From positions 64,381-128,380 of the forward strand of contig JAZDOC010000017.1 of assembly GCA_043798935.1 (NCBI GenBank): DNA of 64,000 bases, read 5' to 3'. The notes under the pieces were generated by a model. The model ran no database searches. It saw nothing but the letters and a program-made list of their open reading frames with translations, and was not told the DNA's origin. Position numbers and translations under genes: made by a program. How positions within the stretch are numbered: position 1 is the first letter of the stretch; every line of letters starts with the position of its first letter. Positions 32,701 through 40,223 of this stretch are shown in pieces. Source of the stretch: Patescibacteria group bacterium. GTDB taxonomy: Bacteria; Patescibacteriota; Patescibacteriia; UBA9570; JAHJKD01.

Positions 32701-34400
32701 GTACCGATCCTGATCAGCCGGACGAGTATTTTCAAACTATGAATAGCGATGGAAATAATAAGTATTTCTTAGATAGTAAGTGTATGGACAATGCCATTGC
32801 TTATGTAATGAATGGTGGTAAAGGCGGCACTACTAGCAGTGGTAATAACCCGTGGAATTATGTTGGTGGCGCTTTAGAAGATTTAAGTGAGGATGGCAAT
32901 GATGCTGTTGGTTTCGAGAGACCTGGTGGATGGGAAGGTTTCGGAAATGAAGATGGTAGCAATACTCATCATGGTGGAGCAATTTACAGTATTTGGTTGG
33001 ATTTTGATGGTGATGGATTCTTAAAAGATATTTATACCATGGTTTATGATGGCGCTGATGGCATTGATGATAGTATTTATGGAGTAGAAATTACGCGTGA
33101 TGCCATGATTTCCATGAAATATAATTTACGCGAAACTTGTGCTTTGGTTGCACCAGTAGTTAGCCCCAGCGGTGATAATTATGCCTGGGCCAACCGTGCC
33201 AGTTGTTTAGGTGCTACTAATTACGATAATGTTGGTTTTTATTGCGATGATACTACCGAGCCTTGGGGTTCAATCGCGCCCATGGACGGATCCATTAATG
33301 CATCTTGGGATAGTATTGATGAATATGATGATACCACAACTAATCCATATAAAATGACAGCTTATGGCCAACAACCGTTTTTCTTCTACGATTCTAAGGA
33401 TAAGGGAGTTGTCACAGCCGGCAAGCCTTATTCATGTATCGGCCAATGTGAAAATAGTTATTGCCAAGGAGATAAATCTTACAATGGTGAGCCTTGCGAC
33501 AGCGCTAATGATTGCGGTGATGGTTTTTGCGTGGGCGCCGGCACGGATATAAACGATAATATCAGTGGCATTGGTTTATATCCGGAAAGCGCGAGCGGTG
33601 ATGATTATAATACTTATCATTTTACAAGTTATGCTGATCAGCTGGATTATGTGGCTGACAATGCACAGAATAAATTAAATAAGTTATTTGCTGATACAAT
33701 GGGGCCGGCTTATTATGTAGATTATGCACCACTTGATGAAATATACGGTATTTATCATCAAGACGCAGATAATGCTTTTTGGGACAAACAATCATTTATA
33801 GACATGCCTGAATGCGTGGGCGACCGCGATACTTCAACCATTAGCGCATCAGCTCTTGATTATTGCGGTGTGCGCCCAACAATTTCTGATATTTATCTAG
33901 ATGGCCACAGCGCTAATACATTAACCGCGACCGGTGTGTCTTACTACTCAATTTATAAAGGCCAAGCCGTAAAGCTTACTTTTAATTCCTCGGCCGATGT
34001 TGAACAAATACCCGTGCATAAAGTAATGATCGATTGGGGTGACGGTCGGGTGACGAACCAAACCTGGGACGCTTTGCCGGGCGAACATGTTTATACACAC
34101 GCTTATGGTTGCGGTCCAGAATATGCCAACTTTATGTATTCGTATAAACCGGGTGAGGCATGCTATTATAAAGGGGCGATCACAATTACCGATAATTGGA
34201 ACTGGTGTTCGGGTGCCACTAAAACCGGCACTTGCAGTGATAACACTTATAAATTCGAGCGCACTTGCAGGGCCGCTAGCGAAACCTGGACCGAAGACGA
34301 CAGCGATTACAGATTCTTTGAAGAAGATGGATCAGACATTATGGCCAATTGCGGCAGTCTGGATTATTTCCCCATGATTATTAAAGTCACTGAAGAATAA
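20772..34400 (+). CDS. Giant (4542 aa) secreted acidic Cys-rich multidomain surface protein
   Basis: Signal peptide; vWA domains at ~26886 (DIVFVIDNSAG) and ~30042 (DVVFVIDSSSSM); DxDxDG repeats ~27715-27990; CBM-like jelly-roll segments; CxGGxxxGxxC motifs; PKD-like IDWGDG...HVYTHAY near the C-terminus. Confidence 0.92.
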   Translation: MPTLLKHKKIIISLLLISTVLLSISGIFYPKTTYAFPAEITTQGPDWQIKNIKEVILKKLQDIGYGMYRNAMNAFLGRAAYDLATAIATGGTGQQPLMFTETPGAYVRDLADAAAGAAIETFATDLGFDAAAICHPTNPEFKIKLGLDLEGLFGGESYYKPVCTFSEFQDNWNDFFQDPEFDKFVSAQWDPKVNPLGQALSAIDYVQAQYDDATKQAELERLVSGSFKDLKDLGGHITSPGSLIEKQWGITQETSFEGLKSLGSPLADAANIFSNTLFTKLSKRVQQGLVSITSLNLSSLIAGSSGGTTSGIKAAQATYTSFNQPNFVTTGSYDVLADLAICPEASASTSENCVIGSTMQTAIENKWTVNEFVDYLSEVQGNSEFRFSQDNIGSPEEGITYRGILVLKKYRIVPVGWQLAAEFIRSEKTTQEPTLKQLMDCYDACGAEGSQGECQYILENTTYSPFCKLVDPSWVLKAPEYYCEREAPGSSIVYDEFYDTDGMSQTQETRTIGRAQECVDERGCIQEQVENICTAYGYCSAEKRIYRSDGDVCDAAYASCQSFEVKEEGDVLEGQTVSYLKYDLNYGDCATDPGCKWYCLAQDAGGSYICKDQDTVYNVCDNSDSTYYTAESCTCETQESCWVNAGSGSEDDRYRTCSLGYCAEDSTINLKSDCDAISGTWVGSGATCNLGDNCGETSPYYSHTNEQCYCSVQNSCDIYVDTDGDGYTSGSTSSCIYTYDSGEAINCSLSADCSADNETYSSQGYCKAYDAGDNTCIVQSGAGSCINDLGNTCTFGYCVNDDGGYESDGMLDCADDGFTWLTTACTSDIADVPDASGINKYCTCNLGDADICEVSEGGYSCTTDSGTKQILGTEEEADIVPDAPDLVYNVSINLDHNAAECDSENAGCNLYYRVLSDTNLLYNATFQTIYTAGGDEVDDEFDNQDRFGFYAITGQGCLIDDATAGGCIGWQQHGVSAYAISGNGDTYNHPDIINTYGQSIILPADTTGTGYISNTIDTGYELADRTFIFAYSGASDSSATPKFAVGSADGSYSITIPTSISSDETADYDYYNEDGSIISYSTTYQDYYYTFTFPNSVTDTAITVYIYASTEADVSIDVAQLTEASSWNGSYAGYGENNATYLYGQNVECEAEDIGCKLYTPLDQDDATAIPAQITNPYSTVCGSGSDFSNINCNQCNNIDTELGQEDYYVGCDFYQEMPLTNNFPVASDPTSWTLSDVTERLAVAQRTGYYCADTTISCFPGDPDGYCASPLDCVNNVSLIPDTGLSCSASAVGCEEYTNLDTVSSGGEGLEYYSFIKQCVKDTDDNAYTFHTWEGSDTDGYAMVLYNLKASNIEEDGSVCTDGICPPCTHLDPEVEDPNAECLDSTDPTSLYYVEDCTAVYGTDPDCVKLYDDELNTYYRYASQTVTVSADCLALRNTLDQRVYYSMLDESTTCSAADAGCREYQGSDSGAVEQIVNEVYDENSTDNWTGAISTSNESLFTDDYSLRLDSGTPDDDPSLDATTANTITYNLYTTTTGSDGETVYYSDVDAGATYIATFWAKGDGALNISLNGASLSDTYYFTETGSELGSATSTDRDIAISDSWTYYILGPINLPAGEDTDDAALVLNYTGSTSSSAGYIDNVVIEKNSSQYLVKGSFDSCYDYEGCRRYRDNDRDTNYLKSFKRLCEDSAVNCEAMFNTSNSTNEFTEIFLTTNEYSTDDVVVPYDQIQPVIYNSDETCSSTNKGCTAVALPDINEQTGLISSLDTVYRVLDPDKYSVSLCEDPHLQCKEYYSDYDGTVYFKDPGDRTCDYKTYTNSDGASVYGWFIKDSEATSPNCPKMYEYDDPSQPMGSVCNSNSLTKTGDKCNNDYDCYPDGWYSGMPTPRCISRVEDDIDQDAANGYSLDRNKNFGWVGTCDEQNSGCSEYIDPNSPNIEEAIRNSGFENNVKNNVTGIYYTGGGTEEDLPDYWTPVDNGEPDEETTITTSTITPTSYTVSALSSVIERTISASSPSTGTPRSGGELPGRGEIVGPSSTSTDYDIVFVIDNSAGLEFYDNDLDDGDGSYSDFMDEDDVGCLPQGYGATCESYSDMETYIQNLADTVTGFSSELDSNGLTYKMAVVKASNPSDDWRPEVVQDMTSSVSDVVNTITDLGNNVSGHEEHIYEALNYSRGTYVESGYRFSISYDTGATRIVILLTDAYPSSDTPSSLGDSYTNSHGTSGVSWDSFDERPLKEDIGTGYTLYAIVSSNDRTVDYASTYYNPSGEATTILYTGTVYANEPAYDAIASYTGGAIYEIDTADYNTIFSSITDSIMADRDTDGDGIDIDDDACSTEDASSCDIDSDGCLDDEDGDGVSDCVDECLGSDASDYDTDSNGCIDDTDDDGILDDADTDIDADGIEERDLDEDWSSTTDGAEGTAECFQRDENRFKDGTNSLMMTGDCAIVSDYVPIERNKLYTLEAYFSIEEYGQYEGEDDDKYQDVSIGAYFVKYNEDRNTWEYVEATDAQTYFVADNLTVTPTDYEQSDDFSTDTSDQDLYSKWLKVSGNIGIGSDVEIPEDAEFVRIYLEAKNHGDVLSPWFDKNVWFDSVSFKENDKYFMIDSTVDGTDEREATDEVHTCIDQDTEEEAVTSDGGCVAFRDALKDSQYYVQFVTDGTCNSCSITPNSDSCRGVIDACDTNAILKVQKDRVCDEWVACETAEIIEDSSGSSKYTCFSLQPCNKINDEGKCISWVPKPVYEDLDTQTDITYYTAAGDTDQLYAMQNLTGYVKAGLTWSDYKMCNGGINAGNYCTSNDDCLDVGTCESEVIDLPDEDGGLGMDIIQFVCLGGSKNGEDCASSSAFGLSGDDSLCEGDWDGACNLPLIVEGYYPYGWMYEAGEAGSEYGVELIEYNNFENLYCAGNKIKNRIPCISNSYESEIGSHCWSANLEVYQSDEDPNNDPVEGTSGEDNKSADYYCANSTEWSEFPFSQPAEYTETGWSGYIGNEKVQVKQYDNQYGDNESIDINNVLKASGAMTSAGENIGLKYDLSTNIQNNGYYALSFKGLYTSNYYNANSDKPSSISVGLRHNNIVTDGTDTETQNIDWFIQGAGMADVVFVIDSSSSMSGYMAGVKTAATDLASQLQAVGIGAKFAIVDMDYLSSSLSGPYERGQEYNNVNTLDLDLTDNLSTFGNYIDTYIQAAQAQVDPFAAVQQVINNDLTLVDPLGPLDSSEISYRDASEKIIIVVTDTYDEYVEYDSRDTSSYAGAYDLENNIPYDGYYADFLNSSGFTVYTITTPTMYNYGDYNDLASYSGGAVYDTLSTTTANWTATILDISDRIIANADVFQFSQSLDSFAFGPIKVVEKNPCTDSDCDPVENVASGELVTSDLIFVSNDGMSFEIDDVFLLPVLEVNKNLNPISRSCRAYAKDGDKECVYTEPNGVQHKGWRGYCLEADPENSSRCITWWPLDVIAGESTMYTRERGGYSGRSNVYMCLAAKGYERPGFCSGTDVEGNDYDNLAPGDGVLCQPGSWDDTMGRSNTCGAGGLSRCFYGAEDVISEEYSRDGGFVCDVLLAAMIFECGESYLITGGLTISANPLCTAAITAYSLECLAGSGGDNIDNTYTEKFIHDPGICQVQDDDDLQTDCGAYPSENTWVCSTDTITNQDECEESGATWSLANINVFDSNITYTGKCIYYNNYEDYGDDQDLSATHTYCFYDGNEDGITEIRSTFDCNSDSVCQISPTVTGKQCAPMQCVGTNSTPCSPASCDDRYGALVLKGLQAVANTLDPSGYTAQVLPGLLTHNCEPEEACGQPTTLHNNTNNYGLVTRSWQMYDPYHINLSEKNYGVISKLEANVAEKNINISEIESIDIFLGDAGKGSGGDEEALFWGQGGSDSDGPFKDDNGTITITDLAAGSIPEEGADGSSDGPWSHCMGVDQGSIEGAGCWWWGQYDSRGKADKVGVYTSDGNPINDDSTYDLVYVWGWSDFMKHDSGCNGTGTDPDQPDEYFQTMNSDGNNKYFLDSKCMDNAIAYVMNGGKGGTTSSGNNPWNYVGGALEDLSEDGNDAVGFERPGGWEGFGNEDGSNTHHGGAIYSIWLDFDGDGFLKDIYTMVYDGADGIDDSIYGVEITRDAMISMKYNLRETCALVAPVVSPSGDNYAWANRASCLGATNYDNVGFYCDDTTEPWGSIAPMDGSINASWDSIDEYDDTTTNPYKMTAYGQQPFFFYDSKDKGVVTAGKPYSCIGQCENSYCQGDKSYNGEPCDSANDCGDGFCVGAGTDINDNISGIGLYPESASGDDYNTYHFTSYADQLDYVADNAQNKLNKLFADTMGPAYYVDYAPLDEIYGIYHQDADNAFWDKQSFIDMPECVGDRDTSTISASALDYCGVRPTISDIYLDGHSANTLTATGVSYYSIYKGQAVKLTFNSSADVEQIPVHKVMIDWGDGRVTNQTWDALPGEHVYTHAYGCGPEYANFMYSYKPGEACYYKGAITITDNWNWCSGATKTGTCSDNTYKFERTCRAASETWTEDDSDYRFFEEDGSDIMANCGSLDYFPMIIKVTEE

Positions 34401-34409
34401 AATTTTTAT

Positions 34410-37157
34410 ATGAGAAATTTTTTAGCCAAATTAAAAAAAATATTTATTACAAAGCCGATTTATGCCTTATTCGCTGTTTCTATTATTAGCATCGGCTTAA
34501 TTTTTCCCATATCATCATGGGCTCTGGATCCGGTTGCTTGGGTGGCTGATAGCATAACAGTTGATTTGGCTCGAATTTTAGTTTGGCTGATGTACATGCT
34601 TTTTATTTTTATTGCTGGCCAGCTCGGAACTTGGCTTACTGGCATGATGGTGTGGGCTTCCGGGTTTACGGGTTTTACAAATATCAGCGTGGTCACTGAA
34701 ACTTGGATGGTGGTTAGAGATTTATGTAATCTGCTTTTTATTGTCATGTTATTAATCATTGCATTTGCTACCATACTGCAGATTGAATCCTACTCATACA
34801 AAAAATTACTGCCAAAATTAATAATTGTGGTATTACTTATAAATTTCAGCCAGATGATTTGCGGTCTTGCGGTAGACGCGGCCCAGGTGGTAATGCTTAC
34901 TTTTGTAAATGCTTATAGCGGAGCCGCTAAACAAGGTTTTTATCAATTATTCCAGCTAAAAGATCTAGTAGATTTAGGATGGGATAAAGAAATAGATGCC
35001 GTCAGTACAGTTGCCGGCGCAAATGGCAAGAAAAATTGGCAGAACATGGATTATTTGCTAGCCGTATTTGCTTCGGGCGTAATGCTTACGCTAATCTGCG
35101 TAATCATGATAACAATATTTTTAACTTTAGTTGCCAGAATCGTCTTTATTTGGACGCTTACTATATTGTCTCCATTAGCTTTTGTCGCTTCAATTCTTCC
35201 TATTACTCAAAAATATTATCAGCGTTGGCTGTCTATGTTTGGTCGGTATATTGCGGTTGGTCCACTGCTGGCTTTTTTTGTCTGGTTGGCTTTATTTGTT
35301 GTGGTTAAAGCTGGGGATAGCGGTATATCTAGTCAACTAACTATACCTGGCTCCGGGCTTGTGGACGGTCCTAGTAACCTGACTGTAACTAAAGCGCTTG
35401 AGCCGGATGTTTTTATTAATTTTACCATTGGCTGCATGATGCTAATGATTGGCATTAAACTCGCGCAGGAAATGTCCTCGGAAATTAGCGGCATGGTCAG
35501 TAAAATTGCCGACATGCCGAAAAATGCCGCCAAGTGGTATGCCACCCGGCCGTATGCTTTGGGTAGATGGGGTGTTGGAAAAGCTTGGGGCGGTGTCAAA
35601 AAAGAAGCATTGGCTCGGGCCTCTTTATTGAATTCTCAAATATATGCTAAAACCGGTATTCAACTCAATCCGGCAAAGCGTTTGGAAGGAAAGCTTCGCG
35701 AAATAAACGAGGAAACACACTTAAATGAAGTAAAAGGCGAAATAGGTGGATTAGATCATATTGGAAGAGGCGAAGGCATCAGAGGATGGGCGGGTGCGCC
35801 CGGTTCGTTTTGGCGTTATTCTGGTCCGTTAAAAATGTGGGGGCAAAAAGGCGATCAAAAAATGCAAGAAAAATTAGCTGTTAGAAAAAAAGAACTAGAA
35901 GAAAGTGAAAATTATAAAAAAAATGTTCAAAGCGCAGCTGACGCAAGAGATAGAGTGGTTAATGGACAAGAACCAGTTAAAACAACGGCTCAAAATAATC
36001 TGGAAACACTAGACAGAAAAGCACAGTTAAAAGCAATGATGGATAGCATGAAAAAACTCGATGGCAATATAGATCAAGAAAAAATTATTGGTGCTATTAA
36101 AAGTCTTGGTTTACAGGACTTATATATGAATGGCAATGCATTGAAAGATGACTTTTTATCTGATTTAGAGAATGTTGATACTGAAAGAGAAGAGCAAAGA
36201 ACAAGCATAAGAACTGCTGATGCAGAAATCGGAAAAGCTCATGAACAATACGAAAAGGCTATTGAAGCAGCCAAACCGCAAGAGTTAAAAGATATTAATA
36301 AACAGATGGAAGGACTTTCCTTTGTATTTGATCCACGTAAAATGAAATTGTTGCAAGAGCATACTACTAAAATGTCTGATGGTTATAAAACTATAAATGA
36401 TGGTGAAATAGTTGATATGTATCGTAGTTTAGTGAGAATGGGAAAACATAATGAAGCATTGGCCTTATATTATCATGCTGCTAAAGTGGGCCATGGTAAC
36501 GAAATATTGAAAGCAGAAAAATTGCCTGTTAACGGCGAAGGCTTAGACAAAATGGAAAAAAAGTTTAAAGATGCTGGTTTAGGTGAGCAATATGTAAGAA
36601 GTGTAATGAATATGGCTAGCCAAGCCGCTGAACATAACGGCCATAATGCAATTGCCAGATGGTATACTAGTGAACATGGCCAAATAAAGCGCATCAGCCA
36701 GGAAGAGCACGATTTAATTACTGCAATTGAAGCTAGTAAAGAAGGCATTAGAACCAACTTGAGCAATGGTAATCATATGCGTTGGGGCGAGTATGATGGT
36801 CAAAAGAATTGGTCAATGCAAAATGCAATGTTGCATATGTTAATTCGCGGCGTAGATAAAAATGTAGCTCATAGTATTGAACATGGTCATACGGTTATTG
36901 GAACAAATTTAGTTCATTCATTACGTAAAGAAATGGTAGAAACTGCCGCATTAATTGGTGCGGCAGAAAAAGAAGGCAATGGCCACGTTGTTAAAATTTT
37001 AACTGATATTATAGGAGCCGATAAACTTGCGCAAGTTAGGTCCACTCAGGGTGAAAAAATTGGACAATTAGTCCAAAGTAAGTTAGCAGCTGTTCATAGA
37101 ATAGATCATAGAATAACCCCAGACTCCTCGCATAGGTTTGGCGTTGGCATATCCTAG
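34410..37157 (+). CDS. Extended VirB6/TrbL-like polytopic membrane protein
   Basis: WMVVRDLCNLLFIVMLLIIAFATILQIESY..KKLLPKLIIVVLLINFS; RIVFIWTLTILSPLAFV; many TMs then a ~500-aa soluble tail; located near prgI/virB4. Confidence 0.75.
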   Translation: MRNFLAKLKKIFITKPIYALFAVSIISIGLIFPISSWALDPVAWVADSITVDLARILVWLMYMLFIFIAGQLGTWLTGMMVWASGFTGFTNISVVTETWMVVRDLCNLLFIVMLLIIAFATILQIESYSYKKLLPKLIIVVLLINFSQMICGLAVDAAQVVMLTFVNAYSGAAKQGFYQLFQLKDLVDLGWDKEIDAVSTVAGANGKKNWQNMDYLLAVFASGVMLTLICVIMITIFLTLVARIVFIWTLTILSPLAFVASILPITQKYYQRWLSMFGRYIAVGPLLAFFVWLALFVVVKAGDSGISSQLTIPGSGLVDGPSNLTVTKALEPDVFINFTIGCMMLMIGIKLAQEMSSEISGMVSKIADMPKNAAKWYATRPYALGRWGVGKAWGGVKKEALARASLLNSQIYAKTGIQLNPAKRLEGKLREINEETHLNEVKGEIGGLDHIGRGEGIRGWAGAPGSFWRYSGPLKMWGQKGDQKMQEKLAVRKKELEESENYKKNVQSAADARDRVVNGQEPVKTTAQNNLETLDRKAQLKAMMDSMKKLDGNIDQEKIIGAIKSLGLQDLYMNGNALKDDFLSDLENVDTEREEQRTSIRTADAEIGKAHEQYEKAIEAAKPQELKDINKQMEGLSFVFDPRKMKLLQEHTTKMSDGYKTINDGEIVDMYRSLVRMGKHNEALALYYHAAKVGHGNEILKAEKLPVNGEGLDKMEKKFKDAGLGEQYVRSVMNMASQAAEHNGHNAIARWYTSEHGQIKRISQEEHDLITAIEASKEGIRTNLSNGNHMRWGEYDGQKNWSMQNAMLHMLIRGVDKNVAHSIEHGHTVIGTNLVHSLRKEMVETAALIGAAEKEGNGHVVKILTDIIGADKLAQVRSTQGEKIGQLVQSKLAAVHRIDHRITPDSSHRFGVGIS

Positions 37158-37174
37158 AATTAATATAAATTTTT

Positions 37175-39046
37175 ATGGCATATTATAATCAACAATATAA
37201 AGATGTAGATTTAACCAGTAGTGAACAAGTACGTAAATATTTACGCGATAATGAAACTTACCTTAAAGAAATGGATGCGGCCATGTGCTTGCAGGCTGAT
37301 ATTTTTTTAAACCGTTATTTTAAAGAGAAGCCAAATTTTGAAAAAGAATATCCGCATGAATATGCTAGCTTAAATGAATTTATAATAGATTGTCGATGGG
37401 TTTCATTGCCGGCAATTAATCAAAAAGAGGTGCTGGATTTATTTACTAATAATATTAATAGCGCTTGGAGTTTGTTTGCTCGATACGATTTTTATATCGA
37501 GGATACAGATTTTTTGGATCAAAAAAGATTGATCGAAAAAAATTTAATGAATTTTATTTCCGGTATTTTTAGTTTTAAAGACCAAGATGCTTTTAAAAAT
37601 AAACTGCAAGACGCTTTGCGTCAGAGTGAACAATTAATTACTATCGAGCCGATTATAGATGGACAATTAAGAATAAAACCAACTTTGGCTCATTGGTTCG
37701 ATCTTTATTTTGAAGCCGTAGGCGTCGGAGCGGCCAATCAATTAAAGATTGCGCAGTTTTATGCCAAAGACAAAAATTTTCAAAAATTATCAGATTCGGA
37801 AAAAGCGAAAATGAAAATGATTTTTCATATTTATAATCAAATGCGTTTTTCCTCGCAAGATTTTATTCATGCGCCCATCAAAGAATATATGGTGAACGAT
37901 GAGGGTGTAATAGGTGTTTGGGAAAACGGCGTTTTTACGCCTTTTCCGTTTGTAGATAATAAACCTAAAAAAATTAATAAAAATCAAGACGATATGTACA
38001 ATGGAGTCCCATCATATAAACCAACCAATGAACCGTTAAGCGTCACCAAAGATATTTTTGGCGATGTCGACGCCAAAGAAATTGAAGATCATAGCCATTC
38101 CGGTTTGCGCAAACAAGCGCCGGTTGATAAAGACGCAATTATTAAATCTATTAAAGAGCAATTTCATCTAACTTTTTCCAGTTCTGAATCCGAAACCAGA
38201 TTTAATAATTTAACCGCCACCTTCGTTCTTGGCATTAGAGACGCCATGGAATATAAAGCCATGCTTACTCGTCCGGCCGATGTGGGTGGGCTTGATTATC
38301 GAATTGAAACAGCCGAAGCCATTACCGATGCCATTAAAAAATTATTAGGCGATAGCTTGCCTCAATCTGCCAGTTCGGTTGCTATGCCCCAGATAACTCC
38401 GACAGTTAAATCAGCGCCAACACCAGAACCAGCCCCTACGCGTCCTTCAATGCCAGCAATGCCCGCATTAACTCCATCATTAGAGCCCGATAAAAAGCCA
38501 CAGCTAAATTTAGCACAGGCTCAGGCCATGATGGATCAAGCCAAACAAATTGCCGCCACCATGAAAAAACCAGAGCCTGTTCAAGTAGAGACAGAGAAAA
38601 AAACTGAAGCCCCGATTGCTAAGCCGGTTTTAGAAACCAGTCAGGCCATACCGCAAGTGCGTCGCTTGGAAACCAATAAACCAATTGTTCAAGATATTAA
38701 AAAGCCCATTGTTAAACCAGTGCTCATGGGTCCGCAGGAAGAACTTGGAACTTTAGATCTTTCCAAATTTAGAAAATTAGCAGAAAATTCCGTGGAAGCA
38801 GCAGAAAAGATTAAGCATAAAATTGAATTATTAGAAGAACAATCTTTTGTTAGTAAATCGCAAGGGATTTTAGCTTTTAAAAATTCACCGCTTAACGCAA
38901 TTTACTTGCGTATCGGAAACACCAGTATCGATGAAGGGCGCTCGGTGCAAGAAGTAATTAATTCAATGACTGTGGCCGGTGAAAAAGTTTTAACCATGGA
39001 AGAGTTCGACGCCATTGCCGACTTAAATAAAAAAATAAGATATTAG
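37175..39046 (+). CDS. Hypothetical protein upstream of prgI with a Pro-rich linker
   Basis: Long ORF; P/A/T-rich linker; compact C-terminal domain (GPQEEL...EEFDAIADLNKKIRY). Confidence 0.85.
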   Translation: MAYYNQQYKDVDLTSSEQVRKYLRDNETYLKEMDAAMCLQADIFLNRYFKEKPNFEKEYPHEYASLNEFIIDCRWVSLPAINQKEVLDLFTNNINSAWSLFARYDFYIEDTDFLDQKRLIEKNLMNFISGIFSFKDQDAFKNKLQDALRQSEQLITIEPIIDGQLRIKPTLAHWFDLYFEAVGVGAANQLKIAQFYAKDKNFQKLSDSEKAKMKMIFHIYNQMRFSSQDFIHAPIKEYMVNDEGVIGVWENGVFTPFPFVDNKPKKINKNQDDMYNGVPSYKPTNEPLSVTKDIFGDVDAKEIEDHSHSGLRKQAPVDKDAIIKSIKEQFHLTFSSSESETRFNNLTATFVLGIRDAMEYKAMLTRPADVGGLDYRIETAEAITDAIKKLLGDSLPQSASSVAMPQITPTVKSAPTPEPAPTRPSMPAMPALTPSLEPDKKPQLNLAQAQAMMDQAKQIAATMKKPEPVQVETEKKTEAPIAKPVLETSQAIPQVRRLETNKPIVQDIKKPIVKPVLMGPQEELGTLDLSKFRKLAENSVEAAEKIKHKIELLEEQSFVSKSQGILAFKNSPLNAIYLRIGNTSIDEGRSVQEVINSMTVAGEKVLTMEEFDAIADLNKKIRY

Positions 39047-39055
39047 ATCTATTGT

Positions 39056-39523
39056 ATGCAAATGAATTTTGTGGTGCCACAATTTATTGAGGTCGAGAGT
39101 AAAGTAATCGGTCCTATTTCGATTCGTCAATTTATTATTTTATTGGTCACGGCCGGTTTTCTGTGGCTCTTTTGGACCATTCTAACATTTTGGTTTGCGG
39201 CTATTGTCGATATATTCTGTTTGGCCGTGGGCGGTACTTTTGCTTTTGTAAAAATCAACAGCCAACCTTTTCATATTTTTGCTTTGTGTTATGTGCAAAC
39301 CATGCGGTCGCCAGCTTTAAAAGTTTGGCAACGCGAACGTAATTTCATACTTAAAAAAATAGAGAAAAAAGCTAAACCCACAGTTGCGCCGGCTTACAAA
39401 GCGGTTCCAACACAATCGCGCCTAACTGAATTATCGCTTCTAGTCGATACAGGCGGTGTTTATAAGCCTGAGGAATTGCAAGATCAAGTTCAACAAAAAT
39501 TAAATTCACAATCTAACAAATAA
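39056..39523 (+). CDS. prgI: PrgI family (VirB3-like) protein
   Basis: VPQFIEVESKVIGPISIRQF followed by two TMs; upstream of virB4. Confidence 0.88.
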   Translation: MQMNFVVPQFIEVESKVIGPISIRQFIILLVTAGFLWLFWTILTFWFAAIVDIFCLAVGGTFAFVKINSQPFHIFALCYVQTMRSPALKVWQRERNFILKKIEKKAKPTVAPAYKAVPTQSRLTELSLLVDTGGVYKPEELQDQVQQKLNSQSNK

Positions 39524-39527
39524 AAAA

Positions 39528-40223
39528 ATGTCTTCGTCAGCTAAAACAGAAATGCAACATAAAACAAAACAAATTCCTTCAACGCAAAAATATTTACCAA
39601 TTGCGGAGATTAAAGACGACCTCGTGGTTTTAAAAGATGGCACCTTGCGCCAGGTGTTGATGGTGTCTTCCATTAACTTTGCTTTAAAAAACGAAGATGA
39701 ACAGCAGGCTATTATTAATGGCTATGTTCAGTTTTTAAATACTTTAGATTATCCCATTGAAATTGTTATTCAATCGCGTAATTTAAACATTGATGCTTAT
39801 ATCAATAAATTAAAAAAACTCGCTAAAGTGCAAACCAACGAACTGCTGAAAATTCAAACCATCGAGTATACCAATTATATTCAACAAATGGTAGAATTAT
39901 CTCAGATCATGGAAAAAAGATTTTTTATTGTTGTACCGTATTCGCCATATTCCAATAAACCAAAAAGTTTCTGGACTCGATTGCAAGAAGTTTTATCTCC
40001 CGGCAGCGTAATTAAATTAAATGAAGAAAAATTTAATAAGTTTAAAGAAGAATTAATTCGTCGTACTTCCATTGTGGCCAGCGGATTAACTTCAATTGGT
40101 TTAAAAGTCGCTCCGCTTGATACCCAGGGTTTAATAGAATTGTATTACCAAGCTTATAATCCGTCGCGGGGCAAGCCAAAAATTCTACCCGATATTAATC
40201 AATTGAAAATAGAAGAAAAATAA
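39528..40223 (+). CDS. T4SS-associated protein resembling a VirB4 N-terminal region
   Basis: STQKYLPIAEIKDDLVVLKDG, VSSINFALKNEDEQ, FLNTLDYPIEIVIQSR; stop overlaps the virB4 start (TAATG). Confidence 0.75.
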   Translation: MSSSAKTEMQHKTKQIPSTQKYLPIAEIKDDLVVLKDGTLRQVLMVSSINFALKNEDEQQAIINGYVQFLNTLDYPIEIVIQSRNLNIDAYINKLKKLAKVQTNELLKIQTIEYTNYIQQMVELSQIMEKRFFIVVPYSPYSNKPKSFWTRLQEVLSPGSVIKLNEEKFNKFKEELIRRTSIVASGLTSIGLKVAPLDTQGLIELYYQAYNPSRGKPKILPDINQLKIEEK

